From Octopus sinensis (lineage: Eukaryota): DNA of 64,000 nt. This document shows positions 12,464 through 24,958 of this stretch, one piece after another. Position 1 is the first letter of the stretch. Each line of letters begins with the position of its first letter. Below the pieces are notes generated by a model, which was not told the DNA's origin, did no database searches, and worked only from the letters and a program-made list of their open reading frames with translations. The stretch lies in NCBI RefSeq assembly GCF_006345805.1, contig NC_042997.1:76818001-76882000 (forward strand), in the 5' to 3' direction. The position numbers and the translations under genes were made by a program.

Positions 12464-13309
12464 TATATATATATAATCCTGGAGGGTTTTCAAAATGTAA
12501 ATTTGAAAAAGCAAAAACTGCAAAAGATAAATATGCTTCTGTGAACAGCACCAACCAGTGAGAATTAAAAAAAACCTTCATGTTATCCATACATGTATAC
12601 CTGTTGAATTTTCAGTACAAAATACATTAGGTTTTTAGTAAATTCAAATACTATCTGATATACAAGAAGTATATACATAGGTATGTGTAAGATGCTTTTA
12701 GTGTCTTAGGTGTATGTTTTTCATTTTACCATCACTTGCTCATTTTGTTGTCAGTAGCAACAATTTATTTCATTTCGAATAAGATGATTTGCTACTACTG
12801 ATAAAATATATTCATATATCTGCTTCCAGATATTGTAATTGCCTGTAGCATATGAATTATGAAGCCATTCTTGTTCCAATAATCCAAGTCCAGCAGTACC
12901 TTGATCCTAGTGAATTAATACATATCCTGTCATTCCTATAATAATTGCAAAGTCAAAAGTTTATTTTGTGTATTGGATTGCAGGCTCTGCATCAATGGTC
13001 CATTGTTACTTCATTTCTAATGTATATTTTTCATCACTTTAACATTTAGTGAGCAATTACTTTTCACAACAGAGCATGCTTTTATTTGCCCCAAATAAAA
13101 TTATCAGATCAGTTGTATTGTAATTTGGTTGCTATGTTTATTCCCAGGCTTTGCCAATATTTTTTTGATTTATTGCTTTCTATATGTTCATCTTTATTAG
13201 TTGCCTTATGGGAAACTAGTATCTACAGAATATTCTCTTGTAGTTGGCTAGGATGTGGCTAAAGCCTTCATACTCATTGTATGTGCCTGATAGATAAAAA
13301 TATGTGTAT

Positions 13310-13495
13310 ATCTTTTACTTGTTTCAGCCATTAGACTGCAACCTTCTGGGGCACTGCCTGGAAGAGTTTTAGTCAAATGAATTGACCTCAATGCTTATTT
13401 TTTTAAACCTGGTACTTATTCTGTTAGTCTCTTTTGCCGAACTGTTAAGTTACAGGGAAATAAATATACCAATGTCAGTTGTCAGCTATAGTGGG
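13310..13495 (-). mobile_element. SINE tail fragment
   Basis: tcttttacttgtttcagccattagactgc...ggggcactgcc...aagttacagggaaataaa. Confidence 0.8.
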
Positions 13496-14012
13496 GTATC
13501 AGAATACCACTTGCTAGAGATAGGAGCTAACACTCCAAAACCACATATTTATCACTGTTAAAATACACACTGTGAATGCAACGAATATAACAGAAATAAA
13601 TTTACCTTGTATGAACCCTTTGTATCACTATGCTTAAGGCTCGTTAGCTGGACCTACTGTATATCATCTATTTTTGAAAATATTCATCACATTACACCAT
13701 GTGTGTTCTTTCATAGTGTGTATTTTGATAGTGAAAAATTTGTGGATTTAGAGTGTTTGTTCCTATCTCTAGGAAGCATTATTTTGATGCTCTACTTAAT
13801 TTATTCGTATATTTTGCCTATATAGGTATAAACTTGCTGGCCACTTTATTATTATTATTGTTATTATTATTATTATTAATAATAATAAAAATAATAATAA
13901 TGGTAATAAAACCTTAATTAATTTTATATATTGTCCTATTTATCATTTTTTTCTTGTTTACTTATTTCATGTTATTTACACCATTGGTGATATCCATATA
14001 TGCATATATATA

Positions 14013-15288
14013 CAGAGGTTGGACAAAATAATGGAAACACCTAGCATCATAGCATCATAATTTTGAAATATCTATAAAACCATCAAAAGCTTATTTATTT
14101 TTATGTTTTTTGATTTATTATTAGAGTTGCTTAATAGGTTTTGCTAAAATTGCTGTCCCTTTTCAGATATCATCAGAAAAATGTAATTAAAATTCATTAA
14201 AATGACAGATCTATCAGACTTTCAAACAGGTCTAATTGTTGGTGCTTATATGGCAGGCACTAGCATACGAAAACAGCAAAAGTGTTTGGTGTATCAAGAA
14301 GTACTGTCCTGAAAGTAATGACAGCTTTTGAGAAAGAGGGAAAAACCTCTTCGTTGAAACAAAACTCCGGAAGAAAACCAAAATTTTCAGATAAGGACTG
14401 GGACTGTCAGACTCATACAGGAATTGTTAGAAAGGATCACAAAAGTACAGCTCCCAAAATTACTGCAGAGCTTAATGACCACCTTGAGAACCCAGTTTCC
14501 ACAAAAACTGTTCGCCAGGAGCTGCACAAAACCAGATTTTATGGGAGGGTTGCAATCAGAAAACCACTACTTTCAAAAACCAACGTTGTAAAGTGTTCAG
14601 AGTGAAGTATAAACCTACAGAATTGGTCCCTGGAGTAGTGGAAGAATGTTATTTACTCAGACGAGTCATCTTTCACCTTATTTCTGACTAGCAGCCGAGT
14701 ATATGTGTGGAGACAGCCAAAAGAAGCATTTCACCCAGACTGCCTTCTTCCAACTGTTAAACATGGAAGAGGATCTGTGATGATCTGGGGACTATATCTT
14801 GGAAATCCACCAGCCCAATGGTTTTCCTTCATGGCAGAATTAATAGTCAAGACTATTTAAGCATTTTATCTGATCAAATTCATCCTATGGTTGCAGAACT
14901 GTTTCCAGAGGGAAATGCAATCTTTCAGGATGATAATGTACAGATTCATACAGCTGAAATTGTTACTGAATGGATGAGGAACATTCTAGTGAGGTTGAAC
15001 ATCTTATCTGGCCACCACAGTCCTGAGTTCTCAATATTATTGAACATTTATGGTGTATTTTATAAAAACAAGTAAGGAGTCAATATCCACCACCATCATC
15101 ACTACAAGAACTGGAGACTGTTTTAGCTGAAGAATGGGCAAAAATTCCTTTAGAAACAATTAAAACTTTGTACAAGTCCATACCTCATAGAATTCAAGCT
15201 GTAATTACTGCGAAAAGCGATCCTACCCTATATTAAAATAAATTTGTTTGAAATTTTAAAGTGTTTCCATTAGTTTGTCCAACCCCTA
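14013..15288 (+). mobile_element. Tc1-like DNA transposon with disrupted DD34E transposase
   Basis: 28-bp TIRs (cagaggttggacaaaataatggaaacac / gtgtttccattagtttgtccaaccccta) and TA TSD; ORF pieces show HTH (FGVSRSTV), DES, FQDDN and LNIIEHLW motifs, with stops and frameshifts. Confidence 0.92.
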
Positions 15289-15378
15289 TATATATAATGT
15301 ATACATATATGTGTGTATGTATATATATGTATGTATGCATTTATGGATATATTAAAATAAATAGTTAGGTGCAATATA

Positions 15379-15575
15379 TCGTTTAACGTCCGCTTTCCAT
15401 GCTAGCATGGGTTGGACGGTTTGACTGTGGGCTGGCGAACCAGAAGGCTGCACCAGGCTCCAGTCTTGATCTGGCAGAGTTTCTACAGCTGGACACCCTT
15501 CCTAACGCCAACCACTCAGAGAGTGTAGTGGGTGCTTTTATGTGCCACCGGCATGGGGTCTAGTCAGGCGGTACT
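15379..15575 (-). mobile_element. 5'-truncated RTE 3' tail
   Basis: Reverse complement of the 19930-20110 RTE 3' terminus (cgtttaacgtccgctttccatgctagcatggg...). Confidence 0.9.
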
Positions 15576-16241
15576 GTATATATATATATATATATAAATA
15601 AATAATATAAGGGTAAATAATTATTAATCTTAAAAATTAATAATTATTACGGAGTAGATTTGGTATGGAAATAGAACCATAAACGGTAGGAACTTTTACA
15701 AAAAGTTCTTTCTCTCTCATTCACTCGCTTCGCCTCCAGAGAAAAGACGGATTTTCAAAATGGCCAGTTAAGACTTTCAACTTCAACTGCTACTTTCATA
15801 TTTTTAAGCGTTTGTTTAGATACCTTAATCTTTTCCCCTTTCGTTTCCCTTCGCTAAAACATGGCGTCTTCAATGCATTCTTTAAAGTTTACCGTTTCTT
15901 TCAGTGCCATCTACGTTGTTTATTCCATTATCCCTCAAAATATTGCCCGCTCGTATCATTATCATACCGTATTTATTTATTATTTATTTTCATTCTCTCT
16001 CTGGCTCTCTTTCATTTATCTAATCATTTTCCCCTAAATATAATATTCAAACTAGTTGCCTCTGTTCTCACCCGCCCTCCCACCCCCTCCACCAATACCG
16101 GAAGTTTCTGCCAAAATACCGGAAGTTCTACCCCTGTCTTACTTAACTACCCCCACCCCCACTAACACCTATGTAGGGTTTATCTGATCATATAACGCAA
16201 AAATTGTGAAATGTATGCAGGTTGTAGTCTAGTGTTTCCAT

Positions 16242-19200
16242 ATGAAATCTGCCAAATGCAAGCTTTCTTTTCAGGTACATGACACGGCTGCCCCTCATCC
16301 CAGGGTCTCAGATGCCCACACCTCCCACAACCTCAGAGTTGGCACACTCAATGTTGGCACATTGAAAGGTAGGTCTGGAGAGATTGTAGAGCTGCTTGAA
16401 CGTAGGCGTGTGGATGGATGTTGTATCCAGGAAGTAAGGTGGAGAGGAGGTTCCGCTAGGCTCCTCACAGGCAAGGAACACAGGTACAAGATTTTCTGGG
16501 CTGGGAACACTGACGGGGTCGGGGGCGTGGGTATACTTCTTGCAGAGAAATGGGTAGGTAAGGTAATTGAGGTAGTCAGAGTAAGTGACAGAGTAATTAA
16601 AATTAGATTAGTCCTTCACCACAGGACAGTTACCATCATCTCGGCATATGCCCCTCAACCAGGGCTACCGGAAGGACAAAAAGACCAATTCTATGACACC
16701 CTATTGCGAACTACCTCGTTGACAAATGACAGTGACCTTCTCTTCGTGGCAGGTGATTTCAATGGACATGTCGGACGGCATGTCGGGGGCTTCCATGGCG
16801 TCCATGGAGGCTACGGTTTTGGCTCTCGTAATGAGGAGGGAACCAGGCTGCTGGAGTTCTGCGATGCAAATGACCTTATGGTCTGCAATACCAACTTCAA
16901 GAAACTCTCCTCTCACCTAGTCACCTACCGTTCTGGCAGACACACCAGCCAGATTGACTACATCCTTGCCAGAAAAAGGGAAAGAGGGCTGATTATAAAT
17001 GCCAAAACCTTTCCAGGCGAAGAATGCACTCCTCAACATAGATTAGTAGTTAGCGACTTCAGGATCAGAGCTAAATGGTTGCCCAGAAGAAGACCTGCTT
17101 GGAGGAGAAGGGTCTGGAATCTTAAAGATCCTGCAAATGGACAGAGATTTAGAGACATACTACTCGAAGCCTTTGACGAAATAGAAGGGGATATAGCTTC
17201 ACTTAATGTGGAAAGCAACTGGAGATTCCTACGGGACAATCTGCTGACAGCCACTGACCAGATCTGTGGATGGAGCAAAGTACCATCTCAACCCAGAGTA
17301 ACATGGTGGTGGAACACTGTGGTTGACAGGGCTATTAGAGAAAAGAGACAGGCTTGGAAGGACTGGAAGAACGGTGGTAGCAGGGAATTGTATCAGACAG
17401 CCAGAAGGGAGGCTAGGAGACAGGTTTATTTAGCCAGAGGGGAAGCGGATAAGAAAAAAATTTGCCAATGTTCTGCGCCGTGAGGATGAAAGACTTGAGG
17501 TATTTCATGTTGCAAGACAGTGTGTGAGAGAGAATCGTGATGTGGTTGGAGAGAAGTGTGTTCGCATGGATGATGGTTCACTTGCGCTAAATGAGGATGC
17601 AAAGAGAGAGGTTTGGAGATGCCACTATGAAAGGTTGCTGAATAAAGAAAATGAATGGGATAAAGAGAGTCTGCCGAATGTTGACCCAACAGAGGGACCA
17701 GCTATCCGAGTTGATAGTTCCGTGGTAGCTAAGGCAATTAGAAGCATGAAGACAGGGAAAGCTCCAGGCCCATCAGGAATTACTGCAGAGATGCTCAAAA
17801 TATCTGGCAGTGTCGGCTATAACCTAGTCACCCGTATAGTCAACCAGGTGATACACGAAGGAGTCATACCCAATGACTGGTGTAGCAGCGTACTAGTCAA
17901 CTGCTACAAAGGTAAAGGTGACGCCCTAGATACAAATAATTACAGAGGTATCAAGCTGTTGGATCAGGTAATGAAGGTTACGGAGAGGGTCATAGCCCAA
18001 CTAATTAGAGAGAGAGTTAGTTTAGATGAGATGCAGTTTGGGTTTGTGCCAGGGAAAAGCACCACTGATGCTATATTCCTGGTAAGGCAGCTGCAGTAGA
18101 AATACCTAGCCAAAGGTAAGCCCCTGTACCTGGCTTTCGTTGATATGGAGAAAGCCTTTGATAGGGTCCCCCGATCCCTCATCTGGTGGTCAATGAGGAA
18201 ACTAGGGATAGATGAATGGCTGGTGAGGGCTGTGCAAGCCATGTACAGAGATGCCGTAAGCAAGGTTAGGGTTGACAACATGTACACAGAAGAATTCAAA
18301 GTAGAGGTTGGGGTCCACCAGGGTTCAGTACTCATCCCCCTCCTATTTATCATAGTCCTCCAGGCAATAACAGAGGAATTCAAGACAGGTTGCCCCTGGG
18401 AGCCCCTCTATGCTGACGACCTCGCTCTAATTGCTGAGTCACTATCAGAACTGGAAGAGAAGTTCCAGGTGTGGAAGGAGGGTTTAGAAGCGAGGGGCCT
18501 TAGAGTCAACCTAGCTAAAACCAAAGTAGTAATAAGTAGAAAGGTAAGCAATCCACAAATGTCCTCAGGAAGATGGCCCTGCTCGATCTGTAGAAAAGGT
18601 GTAGGTAGAAACTCTATAAGATGTACCCAGTGTAAGCTATGGACACATAAGAGGTGCAGCAATGTCAAAGGTAGGCTAACTGGGAAGATAGTTTTTATAT
18701 ATGGCAGATGCTCGGGAGCATTGACCTCCGAAAATCTGCAGAAAACAACTTCCGTCACTTTCCAGGGGGAAAAATTAGAAGTAGTTGATAGCTTCCGTTA
18801 TCTAGGTGACCAAGTCAGTAGTGGGGGTGGGTGCGCTGAGAGTGTAACTGCTAGAATAAGAATAGCCTGGGCAAAGTTTAGGGAGCTCTTACCTCTGCTG
18901 GTGACTAAAGGCCTCTCGCTCAGAGTAAAGGGCAGACTGTATGATGCATGTGTTCGAACTGCCATGCTACATGGCAGTGAAACATGGGCCGTGACTGCTG
19001 AGGACATGCGTAAGCTCATGAGGAATGAAGCCAGTATGCTCCGATGGATGTGTAATGTCAGTGTACTTACTCGACAGAGCGTTAGTTCCCTGAGAGAAAT
19101 GTTGTACCTAAGAAGCATCAGTTGTTGCGTGCAAGAGAGACGATTGCGCTGGTATGGTCATGTGGCGAGAATGGATGAAGATAGGTGTGTGAGAAAGTGC

Positions 19201-19359
19201 CAATCCCTAGCAGTTGAGGGAACCCGTGGAAGAGGTAGACCCAGGAAAACCTGGGACGAGGTGAAGCACGACCTTCGAACGTTAGGTCTCACCATGGAAA
19301 TGACTAAAGACCGAGACCTATGGAAGTATGCTGTGCGTGAGAAGACCCGGCAAGACTAG
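16242..19359 (+). pseudogene. RTE APE endonuclease-reverse transcriptase ORF with two visible lesions
   Basis: LNVGTL...IQEVRW, GDFNGHVG, SQIDY, NYRGIKLL, AFDRV, QGS, LYADD. One extra A in the A-run 17454-17460 (7 versus 6 in the other copies) and a TAG at 18097-18099 where other copies have GAG. Confidence 0.92.
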
Positions 19360-19548
19360 TGAAGCCATAACCCGTGGCCCCTACCTGGGACGTAGTCAGT
19401 CCACCTGTGCATACCTTCCTGCTTGTGACACTTGTGAAGACCTGTTGAGGCAAATCAAATCAAAGTCAAATCGAATCAAGTCAAACCAAATCAAAATAGA
19501 TGAACATCAATGGAATTTGTATCCTGTGGTACCAGTGCCGGTGGCACA

Positions 19549-19945
19549 TAAGAAAAACACCGAAAACACCATATCCGAGCGTGGCCGTCTGCCAGACTCG
19601 TCTGGCACCTGTGTCGGTGGCACATAAAAAACACCATCCGAGCGTGGCCGTCTGCCAGCCTCGTCTGGCACCTGTGTCGGTGGCACATAAGAAAAACACC
19701 GAAAACACCATATCCGAGCGTGGCCGTCTGCCAGCCTCGTCTGGCACCTATGTCGGTGGCACATAAAAAAACACCATCCGAGCGTGGCCGTCTGCCAGAC
19801 TCGTCTGGCACCTGTGTCGGTGGCACATAAAAAACACCATCCGAGCGTGGCCGTCTGCCAGCCTCGTCTGGCACCTGTGTCGGTGGCACATAAAAAACAC
19901 CATCCGAGCGTGGCCGTCTGCCAGCCTCGTCTGGCACCTGTGTCG
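19549..19945 (+). repeat. Six GC-rich ~62-77-bp tandem units in the RTE 3'UTR
   Basis: Unit aaaaacaccatccgagcgtggccgtctgccagcctcgtctggcacctgtgtcggtggcacat; order long-short-long-short-short-short. Confidence 0.95.
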
Positions 19946-20469
19946 GTGGCACATACAATCACCCACTACACTCTCGGAGTGGTTGGCGTTAGGAAGGGCA
20001 TCCAGCTGTAGAAACACTGCCAGATCTGACTGGCCTGGTGTAGCCTTCGGGCTTGCCAGACCCCAGTTGAACCGTCCAACCCATGCTAGCATCGAAAGCG
20101 GACGTTAAACGATGATGATGATGATGATGATATAATTAGAAAATTTACCAAAAATTTAGAAATAGCAATCAGAGACCGCTTATTTCTATTTACTACAAAT
20201 ATAGCTCCACATATAACATTTACCTGTAACTCACATATGTAAAAGAAGGAAAATAATGACAACAAAGAGTCTTCGGTCAGTTGTGGACGCGTTTCTGGGT
20301 TAGAATTATAAAGAACTCATTCCCATCATCAGCACAAGTTTTGTGTCCCAAGAAGGGAAGGTATGCATACGTAGGCTGGCTCCATCCCAAGTAGAAGGCC
20401 ACATATATTTATATTTATTTAAATATATATATATATATATTTATATATATATTTATATATATATATATA

Positions 20470-23400
20470 CTCTTTTACTCTTTTACTCTTTTACTTGTTT
20501 CAGCCATCCGGCTGAGGCCATGCTGGGGCACCGCCCTTGTTGCTACCCTCTCTACGTCCAGTTTGCCGTGGCTGGCCACTGATCTAAGAGAGATTTTGTA
20601 GCTGCTGCCCTTAGGTTACCTTCGTACCTTGCAGTGGGTTCATCTGGGATCCCGGAAAGCAGCTTGTCTAGATGTTTTTTGAAAATGTCCACATCCGCAT
20701 CATGTAGATCTCTTAGTTTTCTTGGCAGTTTGTTGAACAGCTGAGGGCCCCTGAACCCCAGGCTATTACAGTATCTGCTCCTTACCCTGGATGTGGAAGA
20801 CGGGACCTTTGGCACCACACAGTGACGTCCTGTACGGGGATTGGAACAGCTCTCAATTCCAAAATTTGGTGCTAGTCCCTCCAGGATTTTCCATATGTAT
20901 ATCACTGCATATCTCTCTCGTCTTCATTCCAAGGAGTACAAATTGAGTTCCCTAAGCCTCTCCCAATAGTTCTTTTCTTTCATGGTGGAAATCCTCTTGG
21001 TGAAATGTCTTTGGATTGTCTCAAGCTCTGTGGTTAGTTTGACACTATGCGGTGACCACAGTTGGGAGCAGTAGTCCAGGCGGCTTAGGACAAATGTCCT
21101 CCATAGTGTCAGCATGGTCTCACAGTCTCTTGTCCGGAATGTCCTCAGGATCTAGCCAGTGAGTCGTCTGCACATTGTCGCCACCTTCGCGATGTGTGAA
21201 GAAAAAGATGCATCGTCACTCATGTCTATCCCCAGGTCCCGTATTGATTTCGATACTGGGATTTCGATCCCTCCTGGACCAGTATAGTTGTGTTGTAATG
21301 TATATGTGTTTACAGCTTGATATTGTAAGGCTTGAAATTTACCAGCATTAAATTGCATGTTGTTGTCTTCAGCCCATTTGTATATGGCATCCAGATCTGG
21401 TTGAAAAGGTCAGCATCAGCTGGGTTTTTGATTGCTTGTGCTACCTTTGTGTCATCAGCATAGCTAGTGAGGGATGTTGTTTGTGCTACCAATGGCATGT
21501 CAGAGTGCGCCAAAAAAACAGCAAGGGTCCCAAGACTGTGCCCTGTGGCACCCCGCTTGCTATTGGTGTCTTTCCCGAGAGGGCTCCATTGGCTGCAACC
21601 ATCTGGCGTCTGTCCTTCAGGAAGTCATGTATCCACTCACCTACTTTTCCTGTTATGCCGAGTCTGAGTAATTTGTGACATATCACTCCGTGGTCAACTT
21701 TGTCAAAGGCCTTCGCAAAGTCGAGATATACCACATCCACCTGTGAGCGATCCAGTAGTTGTTTCAGTACCCAGTCGTAGTGTTGTAACAGCTGCGTAAG
21801 GCAGCTTCTTCCTGGGCGAAAGCCATGCTGTGTGTCAGTGAGACGGTTAGTTTCTTCGAGGAACGTGATCAGTTTTTTTCTATGATTCGTTCCATGACCT
21901 TCCTTATGTGTGACGTCAGGGAGACTGGCCTGTAGTTTTTGGCCTCTGCTCTACTCCCTCTTTTGTGGATAGGGCATATGGTGCCTTCTTTTAGCGCCCT
22001 GGGCAGTTTACCGTTAGCCAAGGAACCACTGAAGAGCTTCTTCAGTGGTCCCGCTAGGGCATGCCTGCATGTTTTTAGGAGGACTGCTGGGAATCCATCT
22101 GGTCCAGCAGCTGAGTTTATTCTCATTTCTTCTATGGCAGATATTACATCCCTCTCTGTTATGTCTATGTGGTCGATGGTTGTTGTTTGGTTTTGGAGTG
22201 TTGTGGCATCAAAGAAAACTTCTGGGTTTGTGATTTGCATGTGCCCCAGAGGGGATGTGAACACACTTTTATACTGTTCCTTTAGTATTTCACTTATCCC
22301 TTGGGGGTCCTCAGTTAGAGAGCCCTTTTTATCAAAGAGTGGGCCAATCTTGCAGTGTACCGAGGTGGTTTCTTTCGCAAATTTAAAGAAGGCTTTAGGG
22401 TTTGTTTTAATATTCTCTATGGCCCTGGCTTCTCTCTCTGCCCTCTCCTTCTCATAGGAAAGTTTGAGTGCAGTTTCCGTTTCAAAAAGTTTCAGGTGGA
22501 GTCCCTCATTGTTTCTCTGCCGTGCATTCAGTTGCTTCGAGAGCTTAGCTCTTCGCCTCATAAGTATTTTCCTGTCTCTGGGAATAACGTTCCTATGCCC
22601 GCTGGCTTTTTTCTCCGGGACAAACTTATGGCATATGTTCTGTATTGTTGTCATGAAATGTTGGAAATGTGTGTTGGTGTCTTGTGTGGTGATGAAGTCA
22701 CTCCAGTCATGTTTTCGGATCTCTTCGTTTATCTTCTTCCAGTTTGCCTTATGGAAGTTTAGACTGGATAGACCTGTGGTATTTTCTAGTGGCTGCGTCT
22801 CAACTAACTCTCTCATACCATATATCATTACCTCTACTAAGTTGTGATCTGAGAGAATTGTTGGTGTTACCATTATGTTGTGGATGAGCATCGGGTTGCT
22901 TGTGAAACAGAGGTCCAAGACATTCTCACCTCTTGTTGGCCGAAGCACTGCTTGTTCCATGAAAAACTTGCGTGTGAGAGCCAACAAGGACTCTGTCTGT
23001 CTCTGTTCAAGTGATGTCATTCCAGGGAGGAGATGGCCATCTGGCCATTTGACTTTCGGAAGGTTAAAATCTCCCAGCAGTAGAATGGTGTTACCCTGGT
23101 CCAGTTTGTCCAGGACTTCTTCTATTCTTCTGAGGCTATCTTCAAACACTCCTTCATGACTAGGGGTGTCTGGTGACACATATTACTATTTTCGGTTGTT
23201 TCATGTGTACTATCAGTGTGTCACAGACTGAGTTTGAGTGTGTCAACAGTACTATGGGTGTGACATCTTCACGGACGTACAGGGCAACCCCACCATGAGT
23301 TCTTTCCTTCCTGTCTGACCGAAAAACAGTATACTTTGGTACGTGTATTTCTGCATCTGCTATACTGCTTGACAGGTGCGTTTCAGTCAGCGCTATGCAT

Positions 23401-24401
23401 ATTGCATGGTTGCTTGTGCTTAAGTCCCTAAGGTAAGGAATTTTACTCATATTAGTGGGTTTCACCAGACCTCTGACATTCAGCAGAAGCACTGGTGAGA
23501 TATTTGGGGTGTCAATAGAGGCTGACGGTGTGGCACCTGGGCTGGTGTCAGCGGTGGCCACCCTGGGTCCCTTGATTGTGGTGGTCTTGAGTGCTGTTGT
23601 GAGTGCCCCTGGCTCTGAAGACGATGTATCCAGGCCAGTTGTCCCACAATTTTCTCTGCTATTTCCACAAAATTTCTTTGTTCTGCTGCCGCCGTCTGCA
23701 TTTCCTCTGCAAATGTGCGCCTTCTCCTTGTTGGGGCATTACGCACTATGTCTGCATATTTCTGGGGCAGCTTGTATTTGTTCTGGTTTTGGTTTCGGTC
23801 TTGGTTTTGGTTAAGGCATTTTGGTCGAATGGGTTTGATGCAATTTCCATAGGGCCTGGGATGAGCGAACCTGCATCCTTCCCCTGTTTCTCCATGCCAG
23901 CAGGTTCCATTCCGGAAGAATTTGCATGTTATCTGGGTTTTCTTGTCCCCAGTTCCTCTCTGTTTTTCTTCCTCCGTTGGACGGTTGTCCGCTGGTTCCT
24001 TTCTGCATAGGTATTTTCATCCGGGTGGTTATTTTCCGTTTCCCCATCGCCGCCTATCTGTTGTTTGCCCTGCTTGCCTTCTTCGACTGTGGCAGTGGGC
24101 GTGTCATTTTTTGACACTCTGTGGTTGGTGTTTCCTGTTTCCATCTCTCTCTCTTTGTCTTTGTCCACCTTGAGGACTTGGCTTAGCAAAGCCATGTGTG
24201 GTGCAATGAGAGTGTAGGCCCTTTTGACTTCTCTTTTCTTCCTCTCTACTTGCGCCAACGTCCTCATAAAGCCATGGCTTTTCAGGGTCGCCGCTATGTT
24301 TTTAGTTGGTTGCGATCTGTCGGCCGAGCTCCATCCTCTGATGAAAACTTCCAGCTCTACTTTCGTCCAGTTACGCTGGCTTTTGTTCACGCCAGTGTTT
24401 G
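20470..24401 (-). mobile_element. CR1/L2-group LINE (putative ORF1 + APE-RT ORF2), frameshifted; 5' end runs into the assembly gap
   Basis: APE (LLNVRGL, ALTETHL, GGVALYV, GDFNLP), RT (NYRPVSLTS, DFAKAFDKVDH, VPQGTVLGP, YADDTK), C-terminal GPQLFNKLP...PDEP; ~80-nt 3'UTR ending in (AGTAAAAG)3. Confidence 0.9.
23480..24401 (-). pseudogene. Putative LINE ORF1: Myb/SANT-like (trihelix-type) domain + CCCH zinc finger, joined by one frameshift
   Basis: WTKVELEVFIRGW...IAATLKSHGFMRTLAQVERKKREVKRAY (ORF 23929-24390, open into the gap). An alternative frame, open from ~24030 to 23480, gives CKFFRNGTCWHGETGEGCRFAHP. Confidence 0.7.
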
Positions 24402-24501
24402 NNNNNNNNNNNNNNNNNNNNNNNNNNNNNNNNNNNNNNNNNNNNNNNNNNNNNNNNNNNNNNNNNNNNNNNNNNNNNNNNNNNNNNNNNNNNNNNNNNN
24501 N
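24402..24501. other. Assembly gap (100 N)
   Basis: Run of N. Confidence 1.
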
Positions 24502-24749
24502 GTATATATATACATATATATATCCTTATGACTGCATTACAGAAATGTATATATTATATATGTACATTTAGTTGTGCATATTTTATGTATGTATGTAAAG
24601 CTGTCCAAAAACTAGAAGTTTAATGCTTGCTGATTTTTAGCTCAACCTCTTGGATGAAAATATATGGTGAATCTGCCGATGTGTCAATATGATGTTCTAT
24701 TTATCAATGTTATTAGTAATAATTATAATTGTTTCCAGTAAAGAATATT

Positions 24750-24958
24750 AACCGTTTCTACTAAAGGCACAAGACCTGAAATTTTGGGGGTGGGGACCAG
24801 CATACTTAGACCCCTGTAGTTCACTAGTACTTAATTTATCCACTTCGAAATAACGAAAGGTAAAATTGATCTCGGCGAAATTTGAAATCAGTAAAGGGTC
24901 GTAAGAAATGCTAATACGCATTTTGACCGATGCGCTAACGACTGTGCCTGCTCGCTAC
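24750..24958 (-). mobile_element. tRNA-derived SINE of a second family (Nin/Deu-domain-like)
   Basis: Diverged reverse complement of 28003-28200 (cttagcggcat...gagttca...tttcatcctttcggggtcgataaa). Confidence 0.75.

Larger units (their letters stand above)
15740..20130 (+). mobile_element. Near full-length RTE-clade LINE, copy 1
   Basis: 5' leader homologous to 44900-45420, APE-RT frame, ~770-nt 3'UTR and (GAT)n terminus; the exact 5' end and TSD were not found. Confidence 0.93.

Noticed and set aside
13606-13655. Possible HS2ST1 exon 2 on the minus strand (donor aag|gtaaat)
   Set aside because: Every plausible acceptor gives an in-frame stop after the phase-1 junction, and there is no HS2ST-like sequence
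19575-19625. Resemblance of gccagcctcgtctggcacc to the HDV ribozyme P3/L3 region
   Set aside because: The loop is too short, lacks the UCC needed for P1.1, and no P1/P2 pseudoknot partners could be placed
19549-19945. CRISPR-like repeat array
   Set aside because: The units are contiguous tandem repeats without unique spacers, lie inside an RTE 3'UTR, and there are no cas genes
19481-20092. Several overlapping 75-155-aa ORFs
   Set aside because: They are by-products of the GC-rich tandem repeat, open in multiple frames and on both strands
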